Origin: Adineta vaga
Taxonomy: Eukaryota; Animalia; Rotifera
Assembly (NCBI GenBank): GCA_021613535.1
Contig: CP075494.1
Location: 4,650,001-4,714,000, forward strand
Direction of reading: 5' to 3'
DNA: 64,000 nt
The notes under the pieces were generated by a model, which was not told the origin of the DNA, did no database searches, and saw nothing but the letters and a program-made list of their open reading frames with translations. Position 1 is the first letter of the stretch. Every line of letters begins with the position of its first letter. Both the position numbers and the translations under genes were made by a program. Positions 1 through 12,292 of this stretch are shown piece after piece.

Positions 1-208
1 TTTGTTTTGTTACCATTTCATTTTCGTTTTCCTTCTCTACTTTTCCATAATGTATTTTCGGTTCAGTTCCACCACCAAGAAAACTCGGAACTGCAATCGG
101 CTGCTGATTAATAAATTCTCCTTCATTGTCAACATAACCAGGTAGATGATTAATCTGATCCTGTGCTGGAAAGACTTGTCCATTGAATTTTTCTTTACCA
201 TTCGCCAT
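1..208 (-). CDS. 5' part of an uncharacterised protein (runs off window edge)
   Basis: ATG at 208 opens a stop-free frame to the edge: MANGKEKFNGQVFPAQDQINHLPGYVDNEGEFINQQPIAVPSFLGGGTEPKIHYGKVEKENENEMVTKQ. Not in the ORF track because it is truncated. Confidence 0.55.
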   Translation of the reverse strand, partial: MANGKEKFNGQVFPAQDQINHLPGYVDNEGEFINQQPIAVPSFLGGGTEPKIHYGKVEKENENEMVTKQ

Positions 209-1114
209 AGTTGCTTTTATTTCATAAAATTGAAATATTTAGTTCATTACCATTGAATGCATTCATTTATATAGTTTGCTATTCTTGTAGCAGAATGTAC
301 TCATTCTTTCTCGTTCTGCGAGAACGTTTACGTACGATGGTTCATCTAAGTTACTTATTTACTATCGTACTTTGCGTGTGCTGCATGGAAAGGAAAAAAA
401 CAATTTACTGATGTATTTCAAGTGGAAAAGGATGAGAAAATAAAGTGTGTGAACTCCTCGTACGCTTTTATGAAAAATACTAAAACGTTTTATTGAATCA
501 ATCGTTTTTCTATACATCTGCACGAACTGTTTCATTTAGTACATAGTGACAACATATTTTTTTAACCTGTCAAGTGTTCTTGAAATATATACTGTGGTAC
601 TGATCAACAGAAATACAAAATATATGCGTACAAAGTATTATAAAGAACGTGTGAATTGAGGGTATTTTTTCATGTATAATGAAATTGTATTTATGATACT
701 TCTCACATGGTGAATATTGGTTATATATATTATTCATTTACTTTTGTGTGGATATGCTTGTTTAGAGGACTTCTATACTCTGTGTTGAATGAAGAATTAG
801 AAAGATATCTTTTTTTTGTCCTCTCTCTCGTTCTTTGAAACTGACAAAGTTTAGTTGTTGCAACACAATCATAAACTCGAAAAATATGCGCTTACAACAA
901 TCATCCCACAGTATGTTTTGTTGTTTTATCGTCATATCAAAGTCAGTAACTAACAATAATTCTTATCTATCATTTAATGACATAATTTTGTATGATGATG
1001 GTGCAATACAAAGACGTCATACAAAAAATAGTATAAGAAGGTGTTGTCTCTCGTTTTTACGCATAAACCTTTGTTCTTGGCTCAGATCCTATTATTTACA
1101 AATAAAATATTATC

Positions 1115-1967
1115 ATGATGAACATTTCATACGTTGTTTTATCAATTTTAATTATATCCATCGGTGAGAATATGAAAAGAATACTGATGAAAGAACTACT
1201 AAATGTTTCTTATAGGTATTAGTGAATGTAGTAATGAAACATCGATTGTGCCTAGTGAACGTGTTGCTTCAAATTGCTATTTTTGTTCAAATTGTCCACG
1301 ACCATTCAATCCATATGCTTCCACTGTTAGTCAAGTTTATTCATCTACAGGATGGTGTACTGTAAGTTTATTGATTTGCATGTATATAGCAACATATTGA
1401 ATAATAAATTTATTTCTAGATGATGAGCAGAGATAGTTCACCTGATGGCGTTTATACTCGAGGTGTTGCTGTACCTGGTCTTTGTACTTATAATGGATGT
1501 GCGTGGAGGATGTACAACGGAGTTAATACATGGATTTGTTGTTGTAATCAAAATTTATGTAATGGAGCATCCATCGCTACTACAACTTATAGACCTGCTG
1601 GTAACACATGTCACTTCTGTTCAACGTGTCCATTACCATTTAATCGATATAGTTCATTAGTTCGTGATACTTATTCTCCAAATGGTTGGTGCACTGTGAG
1701 TGTGTTACTTTCTATTGTTTCTCAAATAAGATTTCTTTGTAGAAAATGAGTACGTCAAGTTCACCCAATGCTATTGCCACTCGTGGTGCTGATCCAGGTG
1801 TTTGCGCTTATAGCGGATGTTCGTGGAAAACGTACAACGGAGTTAATACATATATTTGTTGCTGTCGAACATATCATTGTAATACTGGTATGTCTACAAA
1901 AAAATCAACGATTGGTTTATTAAGTGCCGCATTAACGATGATGTTCGTTGCTCGTAAACATCTTTAA
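1115..1967 (+). CDS. Secreted/GPI-anchored protein with two tandem Ly6/uPAR (three-finger)-like domains; 4 exons
   Basis: Signal peptide MMNISYVVLSILIISIG. Two repeats CxxCxxC...GWCT|intron|...RG...C...C...CCCxxxxCN. Hydrophobic C-terminus typical of a GPI signal. GT-AG introns ~1164-1215, 1362-1419, 1696-1742. Confidence 0.75.
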
Positions 1968-2388
1968 TCATTCTTTATTCTTATATGCTTTTGCATCAGG
2001 TGATTTTTTAATCTAACAATTATAAGTAAATTATTTAAAAAATAAATTAATTATCAGAAAAAGGAACATAACTTTCCGTATTAGATTTAAGATGAAATAA
2101 TGACATGAATATCAAAGTTATAAATAACTCGCTTTAAACTGAGAAGGATTATGATAAAATACGATAGTTATATAGTGAAAAATTCTGGTTGTATGCATTG
2201 CCATAAACTGACTCATTTCACTGTAGTTTATCGTCGCAGAAAGAAGAATTGAGTTACATATTCGTTTCTTTCGATGAAATAATCGTATTTTATTATCAAA
2301 TTTATCGTCTTATTCACATATCAGAGAAAATATCGAAGTAATACGATATAAATTCTAGCATTTAATATGAGATTAATCAATTTCGAAA

Positions 2389-2820
2389 ATGTTCTATACA
2401 AAAACTGATCAAACCAATAAAACAATACATTCGAATGATACGCAGAAGATTATTGATTATTTAAATCATGTCTTTCATTGTATTGATTATGATATCGATT
2501 GCTCAATTTTATCCAATGAAGATCAACATTTTCTATTCTATTTAGCTCTTAATTTAAGTCCAGATTTATTAATTGGAAAAGTTTTCTTTCCACACGAGAA
2601 ATTATCTAATCATCTCAAAGAACGATTTTATCAAATGAATCAAATTGGTTGCTCAACAATAATTCCATCATCGATTATTATCTCAGGACGAGCATGTCAA
2701 ATAAAACGTATCTTTATTTTCGAAGAAAAATGGTTAAATGAATATTATCTCGAACCAATAATTCGACTTCAGCAACAACAATACAAAGAATCAAAGAAAT
2801 CTTGTTTAATTAATACATGA
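2389..2820 (+). CDS. Uncharacterised 143-aa protein, intronless
   Basis: ATG-initiated ORF with globular-protein composition and a basic/Cys C-terminus (KESKKSCLINT). No domain recognised. Confidence 0.65.
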   Translation: MFYTKTDQTNKTIHSNDTQKIIDYLNHVFHCIDYDIDCSILSNEDQHFLFYLALNLSPDLLIGKVFFPHEKLSNHLKERFYQMNQIGCSTIIPSSIIISGRACQIKRIFIFEEKWLNEYYLEPIIRLQQQQYKESKKSCLINT

Positions 2821-4039
2821 TAGATCTATACATATATAAAAATTGATTTTTTGCATCTAAATATGAGAAAAAACAACTGATGTCATGCGAACTGCTGTTG
2901 AGAATAAATTTTTCGATGTTGTAAGATATTCTATACTATAAATTCAACGAAAAACAAACTGATTTTTTAATTAAGTATTAAAGGAAGCGTTACTCATCTC
3001 TCTAAATTAGTCATAGTTGGAAAAATTAATCGTGATTACCAATTAACTATAAAAAGCTTACAAAACTGAAAAAAATTCTAGTCAACGTTTTCTAATTCAA
3101 TCAAACATTGCAACTGAAATCTACAGTGAATATAGAGTAAATATCCGTCTTTTTAATTTCATTATTAAAATACATCCGACCAAACACAAACAAACGGACA
3201 TAACGATCAATGCAGGTGTAACGAGCAACATACCATATTTTTATCTATAGTACGGAATATCTCATTTATTTTGTTACGATAATCACTCGATTTCTTGAAT
3301 AGTTCTTGCATTATTTGGTCTAAACTTTACTACTCTAAGTAAATATTGATTAAATTCATTATGCTGGATAAAAAGTTCATTGTTGCTTTAGATTTATCAA
3401 CATTGATAATAGAAATAATTAATGTAAAGCATTACTTGTGTTAAAAAATATTTCGTATGAAAATACCAACTATGTATAAAAAAACCTAATATTACATTTT
3501 CAAAGCCAATATTTCGCTTTCCACAAAATGAATCAGTACCAAATAATTCTACTGATATTCTCGTCGAACGGAATAATAAAATTAGTTTAGTCGATCAATC
3601 GATGATGTTACTTTAATATTGAGTTATTTCGATTTAAACAAGTTTCCGACAACAATCAAGCAACAAAGTGACGCATATTTATAACTGTTTCAAGCTTATT
3701 CAAGTGTTGATATATGTTCAAAGGTTCCGGATACTGGGAAATCCTTTAACTGGGTGCGTCAGTGCGAATTTGTTATCTTTAGATAAGATAGTAATGAAAG
3801 TAAATCCTTTACTTTTTTACTCTTACTGTCTAAATCTGATTGACATTTAGATTTCATCTATCTCATTGCTACGAAATAGACTGCTTTGACTTTTTGTTTG
3901 CTTTATTGTTTTTACGTTTTTCTTTTGACAACGGCAATTGAAGAACTATCAAAAATGTGTAGGATGGATAAGAATATAGGAACTCTGTTACTCTTCGAGA
4001 TGATTGTTTATATTAAGTCTTTTTATTGATATCTCATTT

Positions 4040-4513
4040 CTACAATATGATATTCAAATTGTCCATAGTAAAATGCGTTGCATCGCAGTAATTGTTACAA
4101 GTCGAGTTGAAATAGATGGTATCGATGCTGGACCAATTGAGATCAACATATGTCTTGGTCTGTGTAAATAGTGATATTGTTTTCCGATATAAAATGTCCC
4201 CTAATCTGGTACCTGTTATAGCCAATGAGATGCTCTCATTCCAAGCAGCACATGAATAAAACGAATTGATTGTAAATGGATAGCCAGATACACTTGAAAT
4301 AGACATTGGATTACCATATCCATTAAAAGCAAGATATTTGGGACTAACTACACCTGAGGTATATCCAGTATAATGGGTCATATAGTCAATAACATTCAAA
4401 ACTAGACCATTTTGCCAACTTAAACCGCCATAATTGTATGGTATTGCTACTCCTCCGGTACTCGTTGAATTGATTATATCATCAAAATTTAGTATTACAC
4501 TTTGTTTAGGCAC
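4040..4513 (-). CDS. Last exon of a protein resembling the N-terminal beta-rich domain of bacterial PEP-CTERM surface proteins (HGT candidate)
   Basis: Motifs LNFDD...IPYNYGGLSW...GYTSGVVS..YLAFNGYG...AAWN...HFTMDNL. Acceptor AG near 4516. Upstream signal-peptide-like exon (MHQVISIITCLFSVVCA, ~4676) with unresolved splicing. Confidence 0.65.
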   Translation of the reverse strand: MPKQSVILNFDDIINSTSTGGVAIPYNYGGLSWQNGLVLNVIDYMTHYTGYTSGVVSPKYLAFNGYGNPMSISSVSGYPFTINSFYSCAAWNESISLAITGTRLGDILYRKTISLFTQTKTYVDLNWSSIDTIYFNSTCNNYCDATHFTMDNLNIIL

Positions 4514-5063
4514 GACTGTAGATAGAAACGAAAAATATCAATTGAATATAAAATACTGATGTATCATTTGGATTCAACTAATTCGAGATTTCATTATAAA
4601 AACTAATTATATCTAACGGATGTTTAGCACAAACGACTGAGAATAGACAAGTGATAATACTAATGACTTGGTGCATCGATTATCTTTCTGAATGATAAAT
4701 ATGCGGAATTAAGCAGTTAGAAACGTCTCAAATAATCTTAATATAATTATCAATGGGAACGAATAGCAGATGATGTCAAATCACATTTTCATACTGAATA
4801 GGCAAAAAAAATCATATCAGTGACTCATTCAGGTCATTTTTCGGATATTAATATGAGACTCACATCTTCACCGTTAAGATCTATTGAGTATTCAACTGAG
4901 AGTGAAATGATTTAAAACATTTTCTTATATATCACAATTCATATGTCAAAGAAGATATGAGATTCGTATTTCTCTAGGAGAATAATACAAATACAAAGAA
5001 ATCTAACAAACAAAAACATCTGTCAAAAACAAAACGTAAAGAGTATTCGATTTGTAAATAAGC

Positions 5064-5978
5064 TCAGTTGTTTGGTATGTATTCAGCATATGGTGCTTCG
5101 ATTCGTAAATGTCCATCATGTGTTAAATGTGACTGTAAATGATCTGTTTGTGTACCCGGTGGAAGTGTAATTGATTTATAAAAGTAAGTTTTTTCCAAAT
5201 TTCGATCAGCGAGTGATAGATGTTCGCCTTGTATAATCAGATCATTATTCTTAACAGATACTTTAATCTGTTCTGGACGATAATTTTTCATTGGTAAAGA
5301 TAATTCTAATTTCTTCTTTTGTCCTTCGGTATCAGCAACTTTTGGTGTGAAAGCGGATGTATGAAAATGATGATAATTGAAGGATTGATCACGATGTTGA
5401 CCGTACGGAAGTAGATGATGACTATCATTTGTTGTTGATGATGTAGATTCAAGATAACGTTGTTTATGTTCATGATTATGTAGTGGTATGTCCACAATTA
5501 AAAAATTATTTGGTAATACATACGATACCAAATGATCAGCATCTAGAAATATTCAAATGAAGATTTTTTCAACATTGTTTTTACACATCTTACCGGCATG
5601 TTCATAAACAGATTCAGGTAAATCGTACATTTTTCGTTCGTTATCATTTTTACTATTGTTCTGATGATGTTTCTTTTTTGCTTCAATAACTAAAAGACGA
5701 CCTTCAATTGTCGTTTTTATAGTCTCTGGATCAAAATCAGAAATATCGAGTTTAACGCGATATTTATCTTCATTTGGTGGTAGTTCTAATGCTGGTGCAA
5801 TTTTTTCTTCATACACTGCTTGACGTTTTGGTTGCTTAATCCAACGAAGTGATGCTGATGTATTTGAATTTGAATCTCTCCATGGATCAAACAAATCGAA
5901 ATCATCTCCAAAAGCATCAGAATCGAGTTTTTTATCATGTGAACTACGACGATAGCGATTCACGGGTACTGATGACAT
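5064..5978 (-). CDS. Small heat-shock protein (HSP20) with two alpha-crystallin domains; 2 exons
   Basis: Domain 1 KYRVKLDISDFDPETIKTTIEGRLLVIEAK..YDLPE; domain 2 LELSLPMKNYRPEQIKVSVKNNDLIIQGEH...KSITLPPG...LTHDGHLRIEAP. Intron 5593-5543 (51 nt). Confidence 0.85.
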
Positions 5979-6959
5979 CGTTATTTGATTAAATCTAGAC
6001 TAAGAAAAAAAGAAGATAGAATTTCGTGTTTCTTTTTTCTTCTACGTCTGAAAAAAGTCATATAAAATCAGATCAAAGTGCGAGATTGTGTATAAAAATT
6101 AAACTAGGTTATTTTACTTTATTTTCATGAACAAAGTGAAAGATGACCTGCAAGTATGATAAATAGACCAGCCAATCGAATAGAAAACGTGAAGGAGGGA
6201 GGAAGGCAATAATTGTATACATTAACATAAAAATGAACGATCGGAGCGAGATGTCGCTTCGAAATGTGCCGAAAATAGAACACCCCACACGTTCATCCTC
6301 ACTTTCAAATTTTCTTTCAAAGATTTTTTATTTTAATAAATGCAAACAATAATCTTCAAACGATGATCATCATTATTTCTATCTTATTTTTCATTATGAT
6401 CAATGAATGAGTAAATAAAGATACGGAGGAGAATCAAATAATTCATTTCATCATCTTCACCATGATGCTCATTCAAAGGTGAATAAACATGTGTATGGTG
6501 GTCTTTTTCTCACTAATGAATCAGAATAATAAACATTCTTCGATTGACATAAAAACAGAAGAGAAAAAACAAAGAAATTGATCGTAACTATAGCGTACAA
6601 ATTGTACACACCAAACGAAATTTTCATGATATGTACTCGAATTGCATCATTCTTTTCGTTCTTATTCTATAATTTCTATCGCAACGAATAAGAGAAAAAC
6701 AGGAACGACTATTTTGCATTTATAGACTAACACGGTGAATAACAAACATACTGATGAAATCAACAAAACTCCTACGAAATATATAAATTGATTGATTTCT
6801 TATATAAATAATAACACATTGCATCAGCTTTTTAAAATCAATACAATTCATTATTGATATATATTTTCTTACTGACTTTGTAAGTGTATGTTATTTGAAA
6901 CTTTTGTTTTTCTCTCCCATCAAACATATCTACTATAATCATTCATATTTTTTTGACGC

Positions 6960-6981
6960 CCTCTCTCTCTCTCTCTCTCTC
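6960..6981. repeat. (CT)n microsatellite upstream of the TDO gene
   Basis: About 10-11 CT units seen directly. Confidence 0.9.
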
Positions 6982-7081
6982 TTACAGACATGGATGTCTA
7001 AACTGAAGATAATGACAAATTTTAATCAATAATTGACTTCTAGATTAATATATTTTAGATAACAAAATAAATTCAAGCACT

Positions 7082-8740
7082 ATGTCTTGTCCATATGCAC
7101 AATTTATTTTCGATAATACAAAAGCCAATCACAGTCAAAATGGATTGACAGTAGTAGCAACTGAGAACAACAATCATGATGATCGAAGAAAAAAAGAAAC
7201 ATTAGATTATGCAACATATTTACGTACGGATATACTTTTAACTGCATTAAAATGTCATAGTCATACAGATCATTTGGATGCTAATAGTCCACCTATTCAT
7301 GACGAGCATTTCTTCATTCTAATTCATCAAGGTAATCGATAAATAGAAACTAATTCTTTAGAGAGAATTCTGTTTATTCTTTTCTTTAGTATTTGAATTA
7401 TGGTTTAAACAAATTTTATTCGAACTTGATTCAATTCGAGAAATCTTTATTGATTCTAATCATGTGATGACATCGATGTTTAATATCAATTTACGATTAA
7501 AACGATTAGTTAAAATTTTTCATGTCTTAGTTGATCAATTTGAATTATTGGAAACAATGACACCAATTGAATTTCTTGAATTTCGTACTTATTTATCATC
7601 TGGTAGTGGATTTCAAAGTCTTCAATTTCGTATTATTGAAATTAAACTTGGTTTAACCGATTCATTCCGAAATATTTATAAAACAAAATATTTCACTGAT
7701 ACAATGTTTAAAGATGAACAATCTATTGAATTAAAAAATGCACTCAATGAAGAATCATTGTTAATTCGAATTGAAGTAAAAGTTTTTCGTTTGTATACAC
7801 TTTATCTATATCATTGTTTTTCCCATTAATATAGAGATGGTTAGAACATATCTATGATAGTATGTCATTCAATTTTCTTAGTGTATTTACATCATCTGTT
7901 GAAAGTTTAATTGAACATGAAAAAAAACAAAAACTTACGGTAAGAGATGATTGAGATTTTACAGAAAGAATATATATATATGTGAATTTTCTATTGGATA
8001 GAATGGTATCGATATTGAAACTATCGAACGAGACGCGGAAACAGCGAAGCGAAAGTTTGCAAGTATGATTGATCCAATTGAATATGAAACATTATTAAAG
8101 AATAATGAACGTCGAATAAGTCATAAGGCAATGTTAAGTGCATTAATGATTTCTCTGTATCATCAACAAACATGTTTTCAACAATCTTATCAAATGCTTC
8201 ATTTACTTATGGATGTCGATGCTCAAATGATTAATTGGCGTCGTATGTATTTAATTTTTTCATGATGTTTAAAAATTCTATTTTTAAATCATAGATCAAC
8301 ATATTCTTTTGGTTCAACGTCAAATCGGACGTAAACCAGGTACAGGTGGTACTGATGGAATCTTTTATCTTCAACAAACAATCACGTAAATATAAAGCAC
8401 ATTGTTTGAGAAGTATTTTTAAGAAATAATTTAATATTATTTTCTTTTTAGGAATAAATATCAAGTCTTCATTGATTTGTTCAATGTTTCAACGTATTTA
8501 ATTCCTCAAAGATTTTTACCTACATTTACCGATAAATTGATCGAACCAACACGATCGCTATCTTCATTTACAGTTGATTATCAACGAGAAATCTCAATAT
8601 TGAAGTATCATCAATCATCTGTAAAACAAGATGAAACTGAAGAAATTTCAATAAAATATGAACAAATTATTTATTTAATTATATTTATTATAGGATGTAT
8701 ATTTGCTATATTATCATCTTTGTTCAAATTGTTTAATTAA
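7082..8740 (+). CDS. TDO2: Tryptophan 2,3-dioxygenase (vermilion/TDO), 6 exons, with hydrophobic C-terminal extension
   Basis: Hallmark motifs YxxYL, HDEHFFILIHQ|VFELWFKQILFELDSIR, LETMTPIEFLEFRTYLSSGSGFQSLQFRIIEIKLG, WRHQHILLVQRQIGRKPGTGGT, YQVFIDLFNVSTYLIP. Confidence 0.93.
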
Positions 8741-9118
8741 AAACAGCTTGTATCGTTTTTAGGATCATTTTTATATCTAATAAATCTTTTTCACTGATTT
8801 ACATACAAAAACTAGTATGTTGTCAGTTGTTGATAATAAAAATAAGAAAACAAACTCATGAAAATAGTTGTTATCTTTGTGAAAACGTAAGAATCTTCTG
8901 TCAGATTTTAAATTTGGAAAAACTTACTTTATATTTTATAATATGAAAAATCTGACCTGCTCTCATATGTCTTTTTATGGATTATGAACTATTAACAGCT
9001 GTTATACAAAATTTTATATAAAACACGAAACTCGGTTGAATTGTATACTCATTCAAACGAATGTCTATATTAATGAAACATTTGTTTTCTCGGTTATAAT
9101 AATATAACAAAAGTTTTT

Positions 9119-9424
9119 TTATGATTTTGCACGATATTTATCCATGACTGCATCTAATAATTCATTGGTAATCGCCGAATTTACTTTTTGAAGACAACTT
9201 AAAAGATGCTCTTTTTTTGCATGTACTTGAGCTGCTGTTGGTTCTGAGCCTTGAGGAGCGGGTTGAACATCGTTGAAACAAGCAATGAACTGCTCTGGTA
9301 GAATACCTAATTCACTTGCGACTTTAGCTACCGGACGTTTGGGATCATTTTTTAAGAGAGGAGGCCCAGCTACAGCAGCTAAGATGACGAATGCAGCGAT
9401 TAAAAGATAAAGACACAATTTCAT
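9119..9424 (-). CDS. Small secreted helical protein, bacterial-like hypothetical family (HGT candidate)
   Basis: Intronless 101 aa with signal peptide. RPVAKVASELGILPEQFIACF...LLSCLQKVNSAITNELLDAVMDKYR. TATATAAA on the minus strand upstream (~9507-9514). Confidence 0.75.
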   Translation of the reverse strand: MKLCLYLLIAAFVILAAVAGPPLLKNDPKRPVAKVASELGILPEQFIACFNDVQPAPQGSEPTAAQVHAKKEHLLSCLQKVNSAITNELLDAVMDKYRAKS

Positions 9425-10040
9425 TTTGTCGTCGTTAATCGTGAATTGATTCTGTTTTGGTGATTGATATGTGTTTGTATCGTGTTCTGTTCGTCTATGC
9501 AGTCCCTTTATATATGAAATGAAGGTAGTTTATTACTCATTTTATTTTAATTCTGTTGCTACTGTATTGTTCACTTGCATATGTACAGGTAGAGAGAAAG
9601 GAAATGTAGTTCTATGAAAATTTTTATTGACAGAAGCAGAAAGCCTTTCACCAAGTGCATATATATAGATTAAAAGCGAAGTCATGCGCGTGCATTTTCA
9701 TGACATAAAGCGCTTAAAGTACATCGAAAATAAGCATATTTTTAAGGCGTCATTATTTTCTTATTCAATATGCATTGAAAATTAAGATTTATTATGCTCG
9801 TAGACATAGAAAAATATATTTAGGATCATAGCAGGCCTGTGTTTAAGTATAATAAATATTAATCGTTTTCAATCTGATCCCTACAATTTGTACCCACACC
9901 CTCAAGATATTTAATAAATGTTCTAAATAAAAATTGTTCTTTTTTTAAATATATTTCATTCATCTGAAGAGTTCAAAGAACACAAAAGTACGTCATGAAT
10001 GATGTAGAAGATGTCAAAGAGTATGAGTGGATAAAAAGTG

Positions 10041-11079
10041 CTAACGATGAATGAAAGTGAGAATATATTGTTGAATATGACCAACAATCGATATGAATTC
10101 TTTTCGAAAAGTAATTGATGCCAACGTATAAATATAGAATGATATCTTATAAAAAAAAAAAGATTTTTCTTTGGATATTTATCGAAATTAAACTTACTGC
10201 ACAATGTGTATATAGAAGATTTGATGACATGTAATTAAAAAAATTATCAATTGATATTTGATCCGTACTTTTTTCATAAGTTTTTGTTATAAAGGAATAT
10301 AATGTATAAATTGTATTTGGTAGATTTAAGAAAATAAAAAAGATTACTTGAATAAGATTTAGTTTGATCAATTGGATATTTTTATGTGAAATTCGTTCAT
10401 TTCGATTTCTAGTATTACTTCTTTCAACAGGTCCAATTGGATAAACAATTGCATTGTGTTTTCGAATTAATTTTCTTTTCGTTACACGTTGTAATGTTAG
10501 GGTGCTAAATAAGATTATGATAACAAAGGGAACTATTGCAAAATTAAGATTTGTAACTAAATAAAATGTTAGATAAAATCCATCTGAAGATGGAACACAA
10601 CCATTAGCTTCTTGTCGAAAGCCAATGGGAACATGAAGATTGAAGATTAACCAAGCGATTGTGCTAATGATAAGAATTCGTCGAATAATAGGAAAATTAC
10701 TCAAACGACGAGTTGGAGCATTTAATGATGTAACTAACCATCGATCGATCGATATTAAACATAAATAATAACGAGAAATAGCGATACCAGCAACAAAAAA
10801 ATAGACACGAAATTTACAGAAAAATAAAGAATAACGTGTTAGATCAAATCCACTCAATGTAATAACAATACGAGTTAAACAACCGAAACAGAGCACAAAG
10901 ACATGAATGATGGAAAGACTAATGAAATATAACGAACAAGTCGTATGTTTTAATGTATTTCGAGAAAAAATGATTACATTCATTAGATTACCAGCGATAC
11001 CGAAGATAAATATTGGAATGAGATAGTATCCGTGAATATAGGCAACAATTTCACGAAGTTGACTTGCTAACGTTGACAT
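10041..11079 (-). CDS. Rhodopsin-like (class A) GPCR, lineage-expanded family; 2 exons
   Basis: 7 hydrophobic segments, GN in TM1, FCK in ECL1/TM3, SIDRW (DRY variant). Intron after HCA; last exon ISFYIYTLASITFRKEF ending at TAG 10041-10043. Confidence 0.85.
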
Positions 11080-12292
11080 CGTGAGATGAAAAGATTGATT
11101 CAATTAATTAAACTATAAAAGTACTATCTTTTCTCTTTTCAACTTATACTCTTTGCTAATGCCCTGGATACACAAAAAAAATGATAAGGCTTATTCGAGC
11201 GTATACCCATGCATAGATAATATACCTTTGTAGTTTTCTGTAAACTAATAAATAAACCCACGGGATTTCTAATTAATTGTCTAAAATACATGAATGAGAA
11301 AATTTATTAATTTTTTCTATTTTTGATCATCAATTCGAGATTTTAATTATTGCCGTTAACGAACGGAAAAATGTAAATATAGAAATGGAATTGAAATGAA
11401 GAAAATAAGTATTGAATGAAAATGACCTTAATTAAAAAAATCTGGTTTTCAATAATCATAGAATTTAATATATAGTGCACAAGAGCTTTATCAATCTTGT
11501 ATTCAATGGTCCTCCGTTGAAGGTCGACTTGAAGAAGTAACAATTATTATCACTGTATTTACATTGAAACAAAAACCTCAACAACGATTCATATATGAAT
11601 ATTATTTATGGATTTTTTTTCTTCTGTTTTATATCATAGTTTTCAGTTGCATTATATTCCGATGATAATAGTCGTGTAGAGGAAATCAAGAATCGTACAT
11701 GGGTACTACAATGATATGTAAACCACTCGCTGTATTATTAAACAGAAGCATAGTCAAAGAAGATATAATAAGCGGTTTATTTTCCGCTAACGAAGATATA
11801 TTGTTTTACTTATAGTGTTTTTCTTCTTTATGTGTATATATATATATATACTGAGGTATAATGGCATATCATAAAGAAGAAAGAAAGTATTTTTTTTTCT
11901 AGAATAGTGTCTTTGCACTTACAAATGATTTTAAAAGAATATTGTGTTATCAGTTTTTGGACAGCCGTCATTTTACTCTAAGTGCAATATTGCTAATGAA
12001 GATATCTTTTGGTTAGACACAGAAAAAAAAGATAATACGAATGGTTATTTCTCTTCCTTTTTTTCTCCCATGATATTAGTCTTATCCTTGTCACATCAAA
12101 TAGAAGAAGGTTTTCCCGTTCTCATACCGAAACATTTCTTGTGGTATATAGATATATGATACATTAATATCAGTCATAGGTGATGAAAGCAACAAAAAAA
12201 AAGAAAAAGACAGCTTCTATGTATATATATATATATATACGATACCACAAAATAGAATAGTATTATAATCTTTTCTCGTATTATTTACAAGG

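Noticed and set aside
5980-6330. Heat-shock elements upstream of the small HSP
   Set aside because: No clean array of alternating nGAAn units. Partial matches are expected by chance in AT-rich DNA.
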